A model generated the notes under the pieces. It saw only the letters and a list, made by a program, of their open reading frames with translations. It was not told the origin of the DNA and ran no database searches. A stretch of DNA of 63,781 nucleotides, filler included, from Reticulomyxa filosa (taxonomy: Eukaryota > Protista > Foraminifera): NCBI GenBank assembly GCA_000512085.1. It is 15 parts of 15 records of this genome, joined end to end, with 100 filler letters (N's around TTAATTAATTAA, not from the genome) between each part and the next. Parts side by side here need not be neighbours in the genome. Positions count along the whole stretch, not along the records: positions 1 to 15,858 come from ASPP01023752.1; 14 more parts are not named here. One strand, given 5' to 3'. The stretch's first letter is position 1. Every line of letters begins with the position of its first letter. Positions 1 through 12,866 of this stretch are shown in pieces. Made by a program: the position numbers and the translations under genes.

Positions 1-475
1 ATTTTTTCAAAAATTTTAATCTTTCATTTGATTTGGTAAAATTTATTTACAATCGTGTTTTTCTCGTAGTCATGAAATTTGACAATTTTTTTAAAACAAT
101 TTTTGCGATTTTCCTTTTTTTTTTTAGGTGTTCGATATTGATTTTTGTCATTTTGATTATTTTATTGACGAAATATTGATTGACAACCATTAGATGACAA
201 GAATTGCAAAATTTGGTGGTGGAAGCATTTTAGTCTGGTCATGTTTTGGATCATTATGAACACGAAATCTAAAGAACGTCAATTAATGCTTAAAAAATAA
301 AGAGGATTGGATTTTCAGCAAAATAGTGCAACATGTAATAAATCGGAAAAAATTATGAAATAGTTAAAACAAAAAAAAATAAAAAAAATGAATTTTCCTA
401 CAAATTCATATTTAAAAACTACAAGATTAGTATATTTTAAAAAAAAAATTAGGTTTAAATCTTTATTTTTCATTG
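1..475 (+). mobile_element. Tc1/mariner relic, copy 1 (internally deleted, starts inside the left TIR)
   Basis: Degenerate transposase motifs KFGGGSILVWSCFG (~208-250), FQQ(N/D) and MNFPTNS. It is the reverse-complement homologue of 6830-7295, and 407-475 matches right-TIR fragments. Confidence 0.85.
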
Positions 476-479
476 AGAA

Positions 480-1380
480 AATCGATTCTCTTCATATAGT
501 GCCATTTAGATATGTCAGTTTTTTTTTGCAATCTACTGTAATCAAACGCAACAAATATCATCTGATCATTCATTGATACTTATTGTGAATTGTAGTAATG
601 ACGCTGCACTTTCTACAACATAGTGCTTTCAAAAAAATATTTTACGCATTCAAGAAATCATATCAGTAAAGTTTGTATGTTTTGTGATATAGCAATTTCT
701 TGTAATTCAATAGACAAGCATTGTTAATACGTGTATTATACAAAAACTTATATATAGTTGATTTCCATGCTAAACTGTCTACTCCAATGTGGAAATTCAT
801 CAAGATTATAATCGAAAATATATTGAAAACTGTTATGTTCTTCCAAATATAATTTAGTCACAATTTGACCAGATTTCTCAAAATCCAGATTATCTTTAAT
901 AATAGACAATTTTGCGATTTAAGACTTCTCCTAAATATTGGCAAAGCATAAAGTGCAATTTTTGGAACTAATTTTATGTCAATTTGTTATTGACTTTTTG
1001 TTTAAATTACACTAGTGATCACTTACTATCCAACGACTTTGTTAGTTTTTGACATGTCTTTGCAAAATCAACAATTGTTGAATCAATTTTTTATTGTTTA
1101 TAACAATTTCTAACTCACAGACACATTAGTCAAATCATGATTATATCAAATGCTCGCAGCAAAAGATTTACCAGAATTCTTTTGTTCTTGTGCATTTAAT
1201 TGATGTAATCTAGTTTGTTAATAATTTTGACCTTGAGTATCCATTATCTTTCAATAGTTCTCATATTTCTACAAATTTTTGTAACATATCGTTACGATTT
1301 GTAATTTCACTTACCAGTCAACTGTTAACTCGTTCACAACTTGTTCTTGCATTAGCGACATGTATGTGTTTCGTTCAACG
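480..1380 (-). pseudogene. Decayed internal region of an LTR retrotransposon (gag/pol remnants)
   Basis: Lies directly downstream of the LTR and PBS. Broken frames give MSLMQEQVVNELT.., IKDNLD..SGQIVTKL (RT-like) and SDDIC (YxDD-like). Heavily degenerate. Confidence 0.4.
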
Positions 1381-1393
1381 ACAGTCGGTGCCA
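1381..1393 (-). promoter_or_regulatory. tRNA primer-binding site (tRNA-Lys-like)
   Basis: TGGCACCGACTGT begins 2 nt after the LTR's terminal CA and is complementary to a tRNA 3' end ...ACAGUCGGUG-CCA. Confidence 0.65.
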
Positions 1394-1395
1394 AG

Positions 1396-1605
1396 TGTAG
1401 GATGAATGACCACTTAAATGTAATACGAAAGAATGAACTTTCAATAAAACATAAGTAACTAAACAAAAATAAAGCACGAGATACAAGACAAAAAGGGCAA
1501 TAAAGAAACAAGAAGACTTTGGTGGAAAAAGGGGAAAAGTTTTAATTACAAAAAGGTTCAAGTCCATTCACAATCAAATCGTAGTTAATAGAGCGTTGCC
1601 CTACA
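1396..1605 (-). mobile_element. LTR (210 bp), probable 5' LTR
   Basis: Ends are TGTAGG...CCTACA. Homologous to 27338-27381 plus 31173-31358 (shared blocks ctttcgtattaca and tgtagggcaa). Followed by a PBS. Confidence 0.75.
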
Positions 1606-2097
1606 ACAGTTACTTAAGTTTAGTTTTGTTCAATACAATATATATTACTTTAAGCAAATTTATATTTGTTTTTTTTAAATAACAGCAATATTTTTGGTGT
1701 CAAATTATATTGTGTTTAGTACTTGTTTTTTGTGTTGCTCATGTTAGAATAATTGATGATTTCTACTCTTTCTTGCAAAAAAACTATTGTGAAAGACTCA
1801 ACACAAAGAATAAGCAGCAATAGATTTTTAAAATATATCGTTACCCATTTCATTGAAATCTACTTTTTTTTTCAAGTTGTTCTAGTTATACTTTTCAACA
1901 CAATCCCTAAGTGAATAAAAGATATCGTGAAACGAAATTATCAGCATAATATTCACAAGTGCAAACGAGTCTTGGAGTTGTGTAAAAAGCTATTTTGCGA
2001 TATAAAAAGTGTGCACAATATTTTGAAGAAGCACTTGCGTTTTTGTTTTTTTCGAAACAAAATCAAACTGAAACATTGCTCTCAAAATTGCAAAGTG

Positions 2098-4581
2098 ATG
2101 CTTTCGTGGAAATTCGGTCATAAAAATGCTCTCAATTTGTTGAAATCACTACGAAAAAATACGTTATATACCAGTAACCGACGTAAATACTTCAAGTTTA
2201 GTGTGCACACGGATTATTTGCAGCGCTACACAAGTGATGATACGCTGCGGGCCTGGATAAACCAACGCATAAGTATCTTCCAGCCGGCACGTGTGCACCT
2301 TTGTGATGGGAGCGACGAGGAATTCCATGAGTTGCTAAACAAGCAAATGCAGCAAGGCACATTAGTGAAGCTGAATAGCCAAAAGCGTCCAAATTCCTAT
2401 TTAGCACGCTCCAGTATCAGCGACACAGCACGAGTTGAGGATCGTACATTTATCTGCAGTGAAGGCAAGCAAAACGCGGGACCAACAAATAATTGGGAAG
2501 ATCCCGAAAAAATGTTCCGCGAAATGGAGAAACTATTTACTCATTCGATGCGTGGCCGAACAATGTACATTGTGCCATTCTGTTGAGTTGCTTGACTTCG
2601 TTGAGACAATAAGATTTTGATTGGGTGGCAAGCATGTGATATTGCCTTGTGTTTTTTTTTGCTTGGGATACCTTTTCATAACAAAAAATTTTTATTTATT
2701 TATTTTCTAATTCGCGTGATTCTACAACACACATATACATACACATTACACTTTAAACATAAACTGCGAACTACAAACAACAAACACTGTGAGGACAGGC
2801 ATGGGACCGTTAAATAGTCCGTTTGCGGCACTTGGTGTACAGGCCACTGATTCGCCATACGTGGTTTGCTCTATGCGTATAATGACAATAATGGGATCGG
2901 AGGTGCTCAAAGAAATCGAAAAAGGAGATCGCTTTTGGACTCCATGTGTACACTCTGTTGGAGCACCATTGAATCCAGCTGTTGGAGACATACCTTGGCC
3001 TTCCAATGATACCAAATATATTGTCCATTTTCCAGAAGGTACTTTGATATAATTTTTTTTCCATCAAAAAAGCAAAAAAATTTTAAAAAGTGGCTTTTTT
3101 TTTTTTTTTTTTAAACAAATAATTTCAAAAAAAAAAAAAGTGATGCATGGGTTATTTTGGGAGGTTTTTTTTTTTTTTTGCAACACTTTTATATAAGAAC
3201 GGAGAATTTGGAGCTACGGCAGTGGATACGGTGGCAATGCCATTTTAGGCAAAAAGTGCCTGGCTTTGCGACTGGCATCCGTAATGGCTCGTGACGAAGG
3301 CTGGTTGGCGGAGCATATGTTGATCATTGGCGTGACTAATCCCAAAGGAAAAAAGAAATACTTTTTGGGATGCTTTCCATCGGCCTGTGGGAAGACAAAC
3401 TTGGCGATGTTGGAAAGCGCGTTGCCAGGCTGGAAAGTGGAATGTTTGGGCGATGACATTACATGGATTCGAAAGAACCCAAAGGATGGTAAATTGATGG
3501 CCATCAATCCAGAAAATGGATTTTTTGGTGTTGCTCCTGGAACGGGATGGGATTCGAATCCCAATGCGATGAGGACCATATCGAAAAACACGATATTTAC
3601 CAATGTCGCACTCACTGAAGACAACGATGTATGGTGGGAGGGAATGACGGAGGAAGCCCCAAAGTCACTCATTTCGTGGACGAGACAAGAATGGGGTCCA
3701 GAGTCTATGGCACCTGCAGCTCATGCGAACGCTCGTTTTTGTACCCCCTTGTCACAATGTCCAGTGCTTGACAAAGAATGGCAAAACCCTGATGGTGTGC
3801 CGATCTCGGCCATTTTGCTCGGCGGGCGACGCTCTCAAACTGTACCTTTGGTTTTTCAATCGTTCAATTGGCAACACGGGGTCTTTTTAGGATCTACCAT
3901 GTCGTCGGAAAGTACAGCCGCTTCTGCTGGTTTGCGAGGTGTTCTTCGCATTGATCCATTCAGCATGCGACCTTTTTGTGGTTACAACATGGGAGATTAT
4001 TTCCAACATTGGCTTGATTTCGGCGCTGGTGTTGAAGAAGCGGTTATTTTTTTTTTTTATTAAAGCGTCGCGTGCATATGTGCAGCAAAAAAAAATAAAA
4101 TAAAAATAAAATAGAACCTCCCTAAAATATTCTTTGTCAACTGGTTCAGAAAAGACAAAAATAAGTTCCTGTGGCCAGGGTTTGGAGAAAATGTTCGAGT
4201 CATTAAGTGGATTTTTGATCGTTGTGATCAAAGCAGGTATTGTTGGTGTTTCCATTTTTTTTTTTTGGACAGACAAACCTCCGCGTTTTTGGTTGAATCT
4301 CAAATAGCTCTGACGAAAGCAATGCTATGGAAACTCCAATTGGCATGGTTCCTAAGCTAAATAGCTTGGATTTAACTGGCATTAAAATGGAAAATGCAAA
4401 TGAAAATATTCAAAAATTATTTCAAATAAGTGAAAAAGAATGGTCGACTGAAGCAGAAAAGTATGAAGAATTTTTTAAAGAATTTGGAGAGAGACTCCCA
4501 GCCACTTGTTGGCAACAATTGGAGCAATTGAGAGAGAGATTAAGAAAGACGGCAGAAAAAAACGCCACTAAAACAACATAA
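2098..4581 (+). CDS. PCK: Phosphoenolpyruvate carboxykinase (GTP), 5 exons: 2098-2581, 2799-3038, 3198-4042, 4115-4236, 4308-4581
   Basis: Motifs [58 protein letters not shown] and FVNWFRK. GT-AG introns restore the frame. The N-terminus is basic and lacks acidic residues. Confidence 0.97.
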
Positions 4582-6366
4582 TCTCCTTTAGGATGAATCA
4601 ATGTTTTTTTTTGTTTCTGTGCATATGATTGAACAACCAGTTGCCAGATTCAATTACTCCGTGCAACTGATGTTCATTAAATAATCTTTCGTATGTTTAT
4701 TTTTATCCAATATTTTGGCTACTCATTACACTTGTTCTTTGTTCGTACTTTTTTTTTTTTGAACTGCAAGAAATATACATATTTAAATATGTATTTATTT
4801 TCGGGAGGATTTTCAATTTGATTAAATTTGCAAAAAAAAAAAAGTAAAGTGATCACGTGTACCAATTTTGTCCACTTCGCCAATTCTATTCACGTTTACT
4901 TACATATCAAAAAATGTTAAATAATGTTATCCGGCTCAAACACTATTTGTCAAATTCAACAAATAGTGTATATTATGTGTGAAAAATATAGTCATTACAA
5001 TCATTTGGACTATTACATAATTCTTTTCATTTTCATCAATATAAATTTCTTTTCTAACCATAAAACAGTGACCACATTTTTATTAGTAGTTCGATAATTA
5101 CACTTTGCAGTCATCTCTGAAGAAAAAAAGCAGACTTTTATGCTGACTCAAACTCCGCCGTCCATATGAGCTCGATATAAGCTATGTCTAAAATGGACAC
5201 ATACGTTCGCAATGGCAGTGAAAATGCGATATACTCGATACTTTTCATACTTTGCCAACCATTTGGTACAGTAATCGTACATTGAACTACTGTAAAATTG
5301 TCTCAACTTGTTCAAATGCCCGAAATAAGACTGAAATGTCTATCAATTGTTATTATATTGTCATGCATTTTGGCCTGCTGTCAACTGTAGTTCCAACATT
5401 GTCAACGAAATCATCAACGTCCATGCATCATACCCTCCCCACAACTCTGCTGCGACCGACAAAGCAAACAATAATAAATTCAACATAATTTCAATCTCTA
5501 TTCAATCCAATTAAAGAATTTTTATCATAAAAAAAAACTATTTAGCTCTTGATTTTGGAAAAATTTATAAAACTGAAATGAAATAAAGGTAAAAAAAATA
5601 CGCTTGTCGTATTTCCTACATCTTGGACAAGTTGTTTTTTTCATAACGAGGCCAGATTTACAACGTCGCATTTTTATGCCAACGAATTTTTTTACGATAA
5701 AAATAAAGATGATTATATCATTTGTAAAATTCAACTCAATCCAAATACTTAAAATTTTTTACAAATAAAAAAAAATTACATTACTAGCATTCCTACTAAA
5801 CTGTGTTTTTTTTCCCCTTCCACCACTCTCTATCAAGTCAAACTTTATTAAAATGAAACTAATCAAAAAATAGTTTTTTCGTTGTTCTTACTTTCAAGCA
5901 AGATCAAGACAGAGCTTGGATTTTTTTGCCACTGATTGTTCTTTTTTTTACTTTGATACTCTTGTGTCTGCTTGTTTTCCCAAAACTTTTAACTTCATAT
6001 TTTATTTTTTTTGTTTGACCGACAGAAATTGCAAATTATATTTTTTATTGTGCTGTTGACAAAAATAAAATAAAATAAATTGATTTGACATTTAGTGAGG
6101 GACGACTTTAAAATATTGTAATTGTTCTTCTTTGTTTACCACTTTTGTTCATTACCTAATCTTGATTTTGGTGGAGAAAATATTGTTTAAAAGTTTAATT
6201 TAAATTAAAAAATTTTTAACAACGAAAACATTGGAATTTCAATTTTTGTTCTAAATCGATTTTAAAAAATATTCTTTCGAAACATAATGAATTATAGAAA
6301 AAATTTAAAATTGATTTTTTTTAATAAAAGAATTGTAATTAAAGTGCATTTTGTTTATGAATACTA

Positions 6367-7459
6367 CATTAAGATAAAAAAGAAAGTTGACACATAAAAT
6401 GCCAACTTATAGAGATGATTGTGTTTCTCCATGAAAAAACAACATTTAATCAAAATTTTTTAAAAATATATACGAATCTTGTAGTTTTTAAATATCATTT
6501 TGATTTTGGTTTTTTATTAAGTCTTTAAATTTTTCAAAAATTTTAATCTTTCATTTACTTTAAAAAAAATTTTGTGGTTGCCTGAGTATGATAAGATTTG
6601 TTTTAAAATTTAATTCAAGTTTACCAACGTGTTAATATCTTTGGATTTTTTAATTGATGTATTCTCTTTGGTATCGATTTTATTAAGGTTTCACAAATGT
6701 TTGTTTTTATTTTTTCTCATTCTGTTTCGAATTGGTTCCAAAGTTCTTCTGTGGTATTAAATAGTCCTTTTTTGTGAATCATTGTCTTTGCTATCCACCA
6801 AAGATTTTCGATTGGGTTTAAATCAGGTGAATTTGTAGGAAAATTCATTGTTTTATTTTTTTTATTTTAACTATTTCATAATTTTTCCGATTTATGGCAT
6901 GTTGCATTATCTTGATGGAAATCCAATCATCTTTATTTTCTAAGCAGAAATTAACGTTCTTTAGCATTTCGTCAGATAAAATATATATATATATCAGTAT
7001 TTACTCCATCTTGCAAGCGTAACCTGTTCATAATGCTCCAAAACATGACCAGACTAAAATGCTTCCACCACAAAATTTCGTTATTTTTGTTATGAAATTT
7101 TCATCTAATGGTTGTCATCAATATTTCGGCAATAAAATAATCAAAATGACAAAAATCAACACTGAACACCTAAAAAAAAAGGAAAATATCAAAAATTGTT
7201 TAAAAAAAGATTGACAAATTTAATGACTACGAGAAAAACACTATTGTCAAATTTTTTAAAGAAATTTTACCAAATCAAATGAAAGATTAAAATTTGAAAA
7301 AAATTATAAAGACTTAATAAAAAACCAAAATGATATCTAAAAACTACAGGATTCATAGATATTTTTTAAAAATTTTAAATAAATGTTGTTTTTTCATGGA
7401 GAAACACAATAATCTCTATAAGGTTGCATTTTAGGTTTAAACTCTTTTTTATCCTACTG
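6367..7459 (-). mobile_element. Tc1/mariner element, copy 2 (non-autonomous, ~190-bp TIRs, TA target duplication)
   Basis: TIRs at ~6367-6556 and ~7276-7459, flanked by TA at 6365-6366 and 7460-7461. Minus-strand remnants GSILVWSCFG, FHQDNATCH and NSPDLNPIENLW. Confidence 0.92.
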
Positions 7460-10400
7460 TACAAACTACGTAAATCGCTGCGACATAGCATCGTGCAGTG
7501 ATAAATCGCTACATTCTTCAAAATTTCGAAGCTAATATCACAATTTTGACAATTAAAAAGAATTGTATTGTGTTCAAAAGTTCACCGTTTGAACTGTCAT
7601 TCAAAATCACATTCATTCACAAAACACTAACTGCTAAATTAATATTGCACCATCCAGTTTACGCCAGATATCTGATAATATCGTAATTCGTTACAGTTGT
7701 TTAGATCTGGATTATCGAAGCTGCTTTTGTTTTCCAGATATGCCATTTTCATCTTTGTATCTTGAATGAACTTTTTTTTTTTTGACGCACGTGAATCTTT
7801 TTTTTTCATGGTCGAATTTTTTTGCTGACATGCTTGGATCTAGTATTTTAACACTGCTTTGGACTTTTTTCTTCTGAAAAAATACACTTGGCTAATCATA
7901 CTTCGTGCCACTTATTCTTTTACAATTATGTCTCTCTTTTCTTGAAATAAAATAAAAGTTCATCTCAGTTACTCAATCGTTGAACCAAAACAAAGCTTTA
8001 AAAGACAAAACAGAAATTCAAAGTGGATTAAAAAGAAAATTAAAAAAAGAAAAAAATACGTTGAAATATCAATACAACATTAAAAATATTTTAAAAATTT
8101 TAAAATATTGTATTATTTTGCAAACTATCATTGCCTACATTGTAAAGATGTAGTACGTATAAACTATTTACAGTGATTGTATTACTATCTGCCGGATTAA
8201 TCCACATGTTGGCAGATAAAAAGTTCTTCTTTTATTGATTCTATTCTTGCTCGTGATTCGTTTTTGTTTTTTTATGTTTTAATAGTTCGATTACGGTTGG
8301 AAGATCAAGTCAAAAAAATTCATAGCTATTTGTGTTCGCGACGCTGTCTTTTTTATCTTCTTTTATGATGAGCTAGAATATAACAAGAGCACTCTCCCTG
8401 TCTGTAAAGAGCACTAAAAACAGTTATTTGCATTTTCACCGTAAGCATGTTTGGATCATGACTACTGAATTGATGCGTCAAACGTGTATAAAACTTTAAT
8501 TGCTATTTGCGTTCATCATTAATTCGCTATGTTTTCTTTGGATATCCATTCTGAAGCTAAAAAATTATTGCGTTATATTTAGGAGTTAGATTTAACTTAT
8601 GGACTAATTGAATCAATTGGAATTTGAACTGATAATGGCATATTAGTAAATATTGTCTCGAAATTCTGTTTTGTTTTGCCGCTAGAACTTTCTTGTATCT
8701 CCATTGTTGTAATGATTCCTGAATTTAAGAAATAGTACATCCATATTGAAAGTCCCAAGTATCGTCAAAAGAAAAAATTAAGAATAAATTGATCAAAATT
8801 TGGTGTGTACTTTATGGTTTTGATCTCGTGTTCTTGTTTGAAGTAGAAAATATTATTTTTTAATAGATAAAAATTTCACGCAATGCAACCAGGTGTGTCA
8901 ATTCGTTTTCATCTATGACAATACAACACTATCCACAATCAACCAACATCAATCACCACAATCGACAACCAACGTCAATCACAATAACCAGTCATTAATC
9001 AATATCAACTTCAATTCGACACATTCATTTGAAAGGTTATACGTTCAATTTTTTTAGCTGACTTTTACATTAAACCTTTTTTTTATAACAAATTTTTTTT
9101 TATTATATCTCTATCAAGCTGTAAAGAAAAAATAATCTATTTAACAAACGTTTACACTTGTGTTTAAAATAAGCTTTTATACGTAATTTACCACTTGGTG
9201 GAATCGCAATTGGCATTTATCACATCATGAATGCGCTTATGCAGTGAAGCAATAAGCACATCAAAGAAATCATATTCGATCAAGTATTAAACTACTCAAA
9301 TAATTACTCTTTGCTGGAAAATAGTCTATTTTTGTAAGTCCGTCATTTGTAATCCACCAAAGGTTCTAAATTGGATGTAGATCTTGTTTTGCCACTTTTC
9401 GTATGGACTTTCAATCTAAAAGCATTTGCAAAGCTATTTACTTTGTAAACTAATCTCATTGCGTTAATATAATGATTTTTACCTTCTTATGTGTTTATTG
9501 TGCGTCAAACACTTAATATTAGTCAGCATAATTAATTTTAAACTTTTTTTTTGTAAGATAGTTTTTTAACATTGAATTTTTCAATCCCTTGATGAAAAAG
9601 AAAGATGCAGAACTTTTCAAATAAATGCAAGAGATAAGATAGTATGTGATTTGTTCGATGTGTCTACAAAATATTTTACTCTAGCTCTTTTCAATAAAGA
9701 TATACAAGTCAAATACTAAATACAATATTTTTTTTGTACTGTTTTTTTTGCAAACTACTGTGTATGATAATAAACAATTGATTGTGTGAGTTTATCTAAC
9801 ACTGGAGACTTATTGTGATTTGATGAAAAAACATATACATCTAGACATCGCGCGTTTGGACAATCGTAGTGATTGGAATCCAAATATTAACAGCCACTAT
9901 TCAATCGAAATAGCGTAAACTCATAGCAAAAACTCACATAACTTTCAACTGACTATCTTTTTTAACTTGAATTGGTGGAGGGCCTGCAAGTGAACAAAAT
10001 ATCATGTCTCTAGACACAATATTGACATGAGACTCGTAATATTAACACTACCACTAATGTCTTTTTATTTGGCGGGGACTTACGATGATTTGGTAGGTCA
10101 TCATGCAGATTTATTACTTATCCATATATTTCCACACTAATCATAAATCATATTTTGTCATTCACAGCTTCTAATCATCCAACATATTATCAACGGCTAT
10201 GCCGATGGCAATGATAGTGACAGTGATTGCGACAGCGACGACGATTGCCATAACGACAATGATAATATCCAAATACGAATATCATTAATAATCAGCTTTG
10301 AACTTTATGTTTTATTTAGTGTTGACTAGATCGTTTTTAAAAATAAAGAGTGAAATTTTTGGAGAAGAATTCAAGATATTTCACAACAATTGAATTTAAT

Positions 10401-11050
10401 AATATATTTTATATTTAATTATTTAACAAAAAAATGCAATTAATTTTTAAGAATTCAAATAAAATAGTAAGAATATTTTGTTATTTGAATGACGATATGT
10501 GCTGATTTATTTAATTAAAAAATAAGGAGCTCCAGCTATGTTCGATCATTATCACAGTAATAGAAGCAATGTTTATTTTGATGATTAGACTACGTCAATA
10601 GTTTCAGTGAATCTCCTTCTTATATTCTTTTTGTGGCTATCTCTTGTGACTATATTCTTTTTCTACTATTTGATTCTTTTTCGCTAATGTCTTTTTCTTG
10701 AAGCTCTTCTTTATGCATCTCTTAGTGTACTCATGTGGCTTTTTCTGTATTTCTTCTCCTAAATGTCAGATATAACTGTAATTATTTAACCTTTTTGAAA
10801 TATAATTTTAAAAAGTGTTTTGTTGTTACTTAAAGACTGGTTATTGAGTTTTGAGGTGTTAAGGGTCTTGTTTAGTTCCTTTATACATGGTTTTTGGCCT
10901 CAGTGACTTTCCTGACGATATGATGCCAAATTTTGATGCTAACGAATTCGAAGCAACGAAGATAGCCTAAATCCTGAAACAAATGTTGGTTCTACCACTA
11001 CGAACGGGGACGAGTACGACATAAACGACATTCGCAGTAAGCTGTCGACA

Positions 11051-12549
11051 ATGGAAGCAGAGGCAAAAAAAGTGATGGCTTTGAGTCGGCAAATAAATGA
11101 AAAAGATGCAAAAGTCAATACAAATAGTCCAAGCGATAGTAATAAGATAAAATCAATCAATCAATCTCCTACTACTCTAGCCCTTCAAACCAGCAACCCG
11201 AACAAACCAGAAGCAGCTCACCTCACAAACCCTTTACACACCAGCACTGAAGCCAATGGCGAGGCCTCACAACAAAAAGAAGACCAAAAAGTGTTGGACG
11301 ACAGATCTGTTTTTGTCAAAAATGTTATGTATTTTACATTTATTTACCTAAACCAAAAAAAACGTTTAACAATGAACAGTGCAAAAATGCGAATTTACGC
11401 ACAATGGACAATTTTGTTTTATTTCACAAAATAAAACAAAATTCAACAGATTGATGAAAAAGTGGACGCAGACGAATTGAAGAAGTATTTCGAAACATGC
11501 GGTGCAGTTGAGCGTGTTACAATTCTGACCAATAAATTCACTGGACAGCCTAAAGGATGCGCGTATATTCAGTTCAAATCCAAAGTTGCCACTGCCAACG
11601 CTTTGGCATTGAATGGCAAAACATGGCAAGGAAAAGAAATTGAGGTATTTTGTTGATGTTGTCCCGAACAACAAATTGAAATAAAATAACATTAAAAAAG
11701 AGAGGAAAAGAACATCCTCAAAAAAAATTAAGCTGATGTTACTTCGTTCAACACCTTGTGAACCTTTTTGTTTTGATGTTTCTTTCTCTTCCTGTTTTTT
11801 TCACTTTTTTTTATTGCAGCAAATAAACGCATTGGCTTTTTTGAGATCCCACATACCTGATAAAATGTTTAGAATTATTTGCTTTTGGTTTTAGTTTTTG
11901 TTCGTTCTTGTTTTGGACCCCTTTTTGTTATTAATGGGTTTTGACTTTTTTTACAGTACAGGGGCAATAAGACAAAATGTGTACAACAAGCAAAAAAAAA
12001 AACTGACACTATCAAAAAAAAAATTAAAAAAAGAAATTAAAAAGAGAGAAAACACTGTGTGCAAACAAAGAATGTTATTTAAAAAATATGAAAAGAGAGA
12101 AAGAAACGATAAAAAAGTGACAAAAAAAAAAGAAATAAGAAGTACTTAAATACCCCAACTTATTTTTCTCGGTTTTTTTGAATTTTGATGAGTAACAACG
12201 TTAATTATGTGATACATGTCGTGTTGAAGCCAAACAGCGAAATAAGTGAGAGCGTACAAGTTATGTAAATAATTGAAAATCAATGTGTTTGTGATTATGA
12301 TAGGTCCATCATAAGCGCACAAACTTGCCAGCTTGGATGCTTATGGTAGGTTTTATTTTACTTCACTCATTGTACCAATATGCCATTAAATGCAAAAATT
12401 CTGTTTGCATTTTTTTTTTGTAGCGTGGAAGCGTGAGAGGGCGAGGATTCCGTGGAGCATTTCGAGCAAGAGGACGAGGTTTTGGCTACGCTCCGTATCG
12501 TGGAACATATCGAGGACGTGGATATTGGAATCCTTATGCATACCAATAA
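11051..12549 (+). CDS. PABPN1: Nuclear poly(A)-binding protein (PABPN1/PABP2); exons <=11051-11323, 11450-11644, 12304-12345, 12424-12549; true start uncertain
   Basis: Coiled coil (MEAEAKK), RRM DDRSVFVKN..RVTILTNKFTGQPKGCAYIQF, KRTNLP, and an RG-rich tail ending YWNPY. Confidence 0.9.
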
Positions 12550-12866
12550 GAAATATAATACATCCAATGTTCAAAAGGCTCTACTCACATCAAAAAGAAA
12601 GAAAAATTCAATTTTTTTGCCTCAAATAAAACATGTTAAATTATGCGATTATTGTTTTCAGGCTACTTTCGTAATTTTTTTTATTTGTCATGGTCTCGAT
12701 TAATAACAAAAGTTTTTATGCGTTCATTAATAATTAAAAATCAAGGAAAATATATTTCTAACATTTTGTTTAATAAAAACATATCAATTATCGAAATGAT
12801 GTAAGCATTACTCAACATCATTTGAAATAGTAGACTTTTAATCAACTTCAGTAGTTGGTATTAAAA

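Noticed and set aside
8930-9010. Short degenerate repeats (caaccaac.tcaatcac) as an array
   Set aside because: Only two or three irregular low-complexity units with no spacer structure.
10920-11050. Alternative genetic code (TAA read-through) upstream of PABPN1
   Set aside because: TAA is the normal stop of many conserved genes here. An unplaced intron or indel is more likely.
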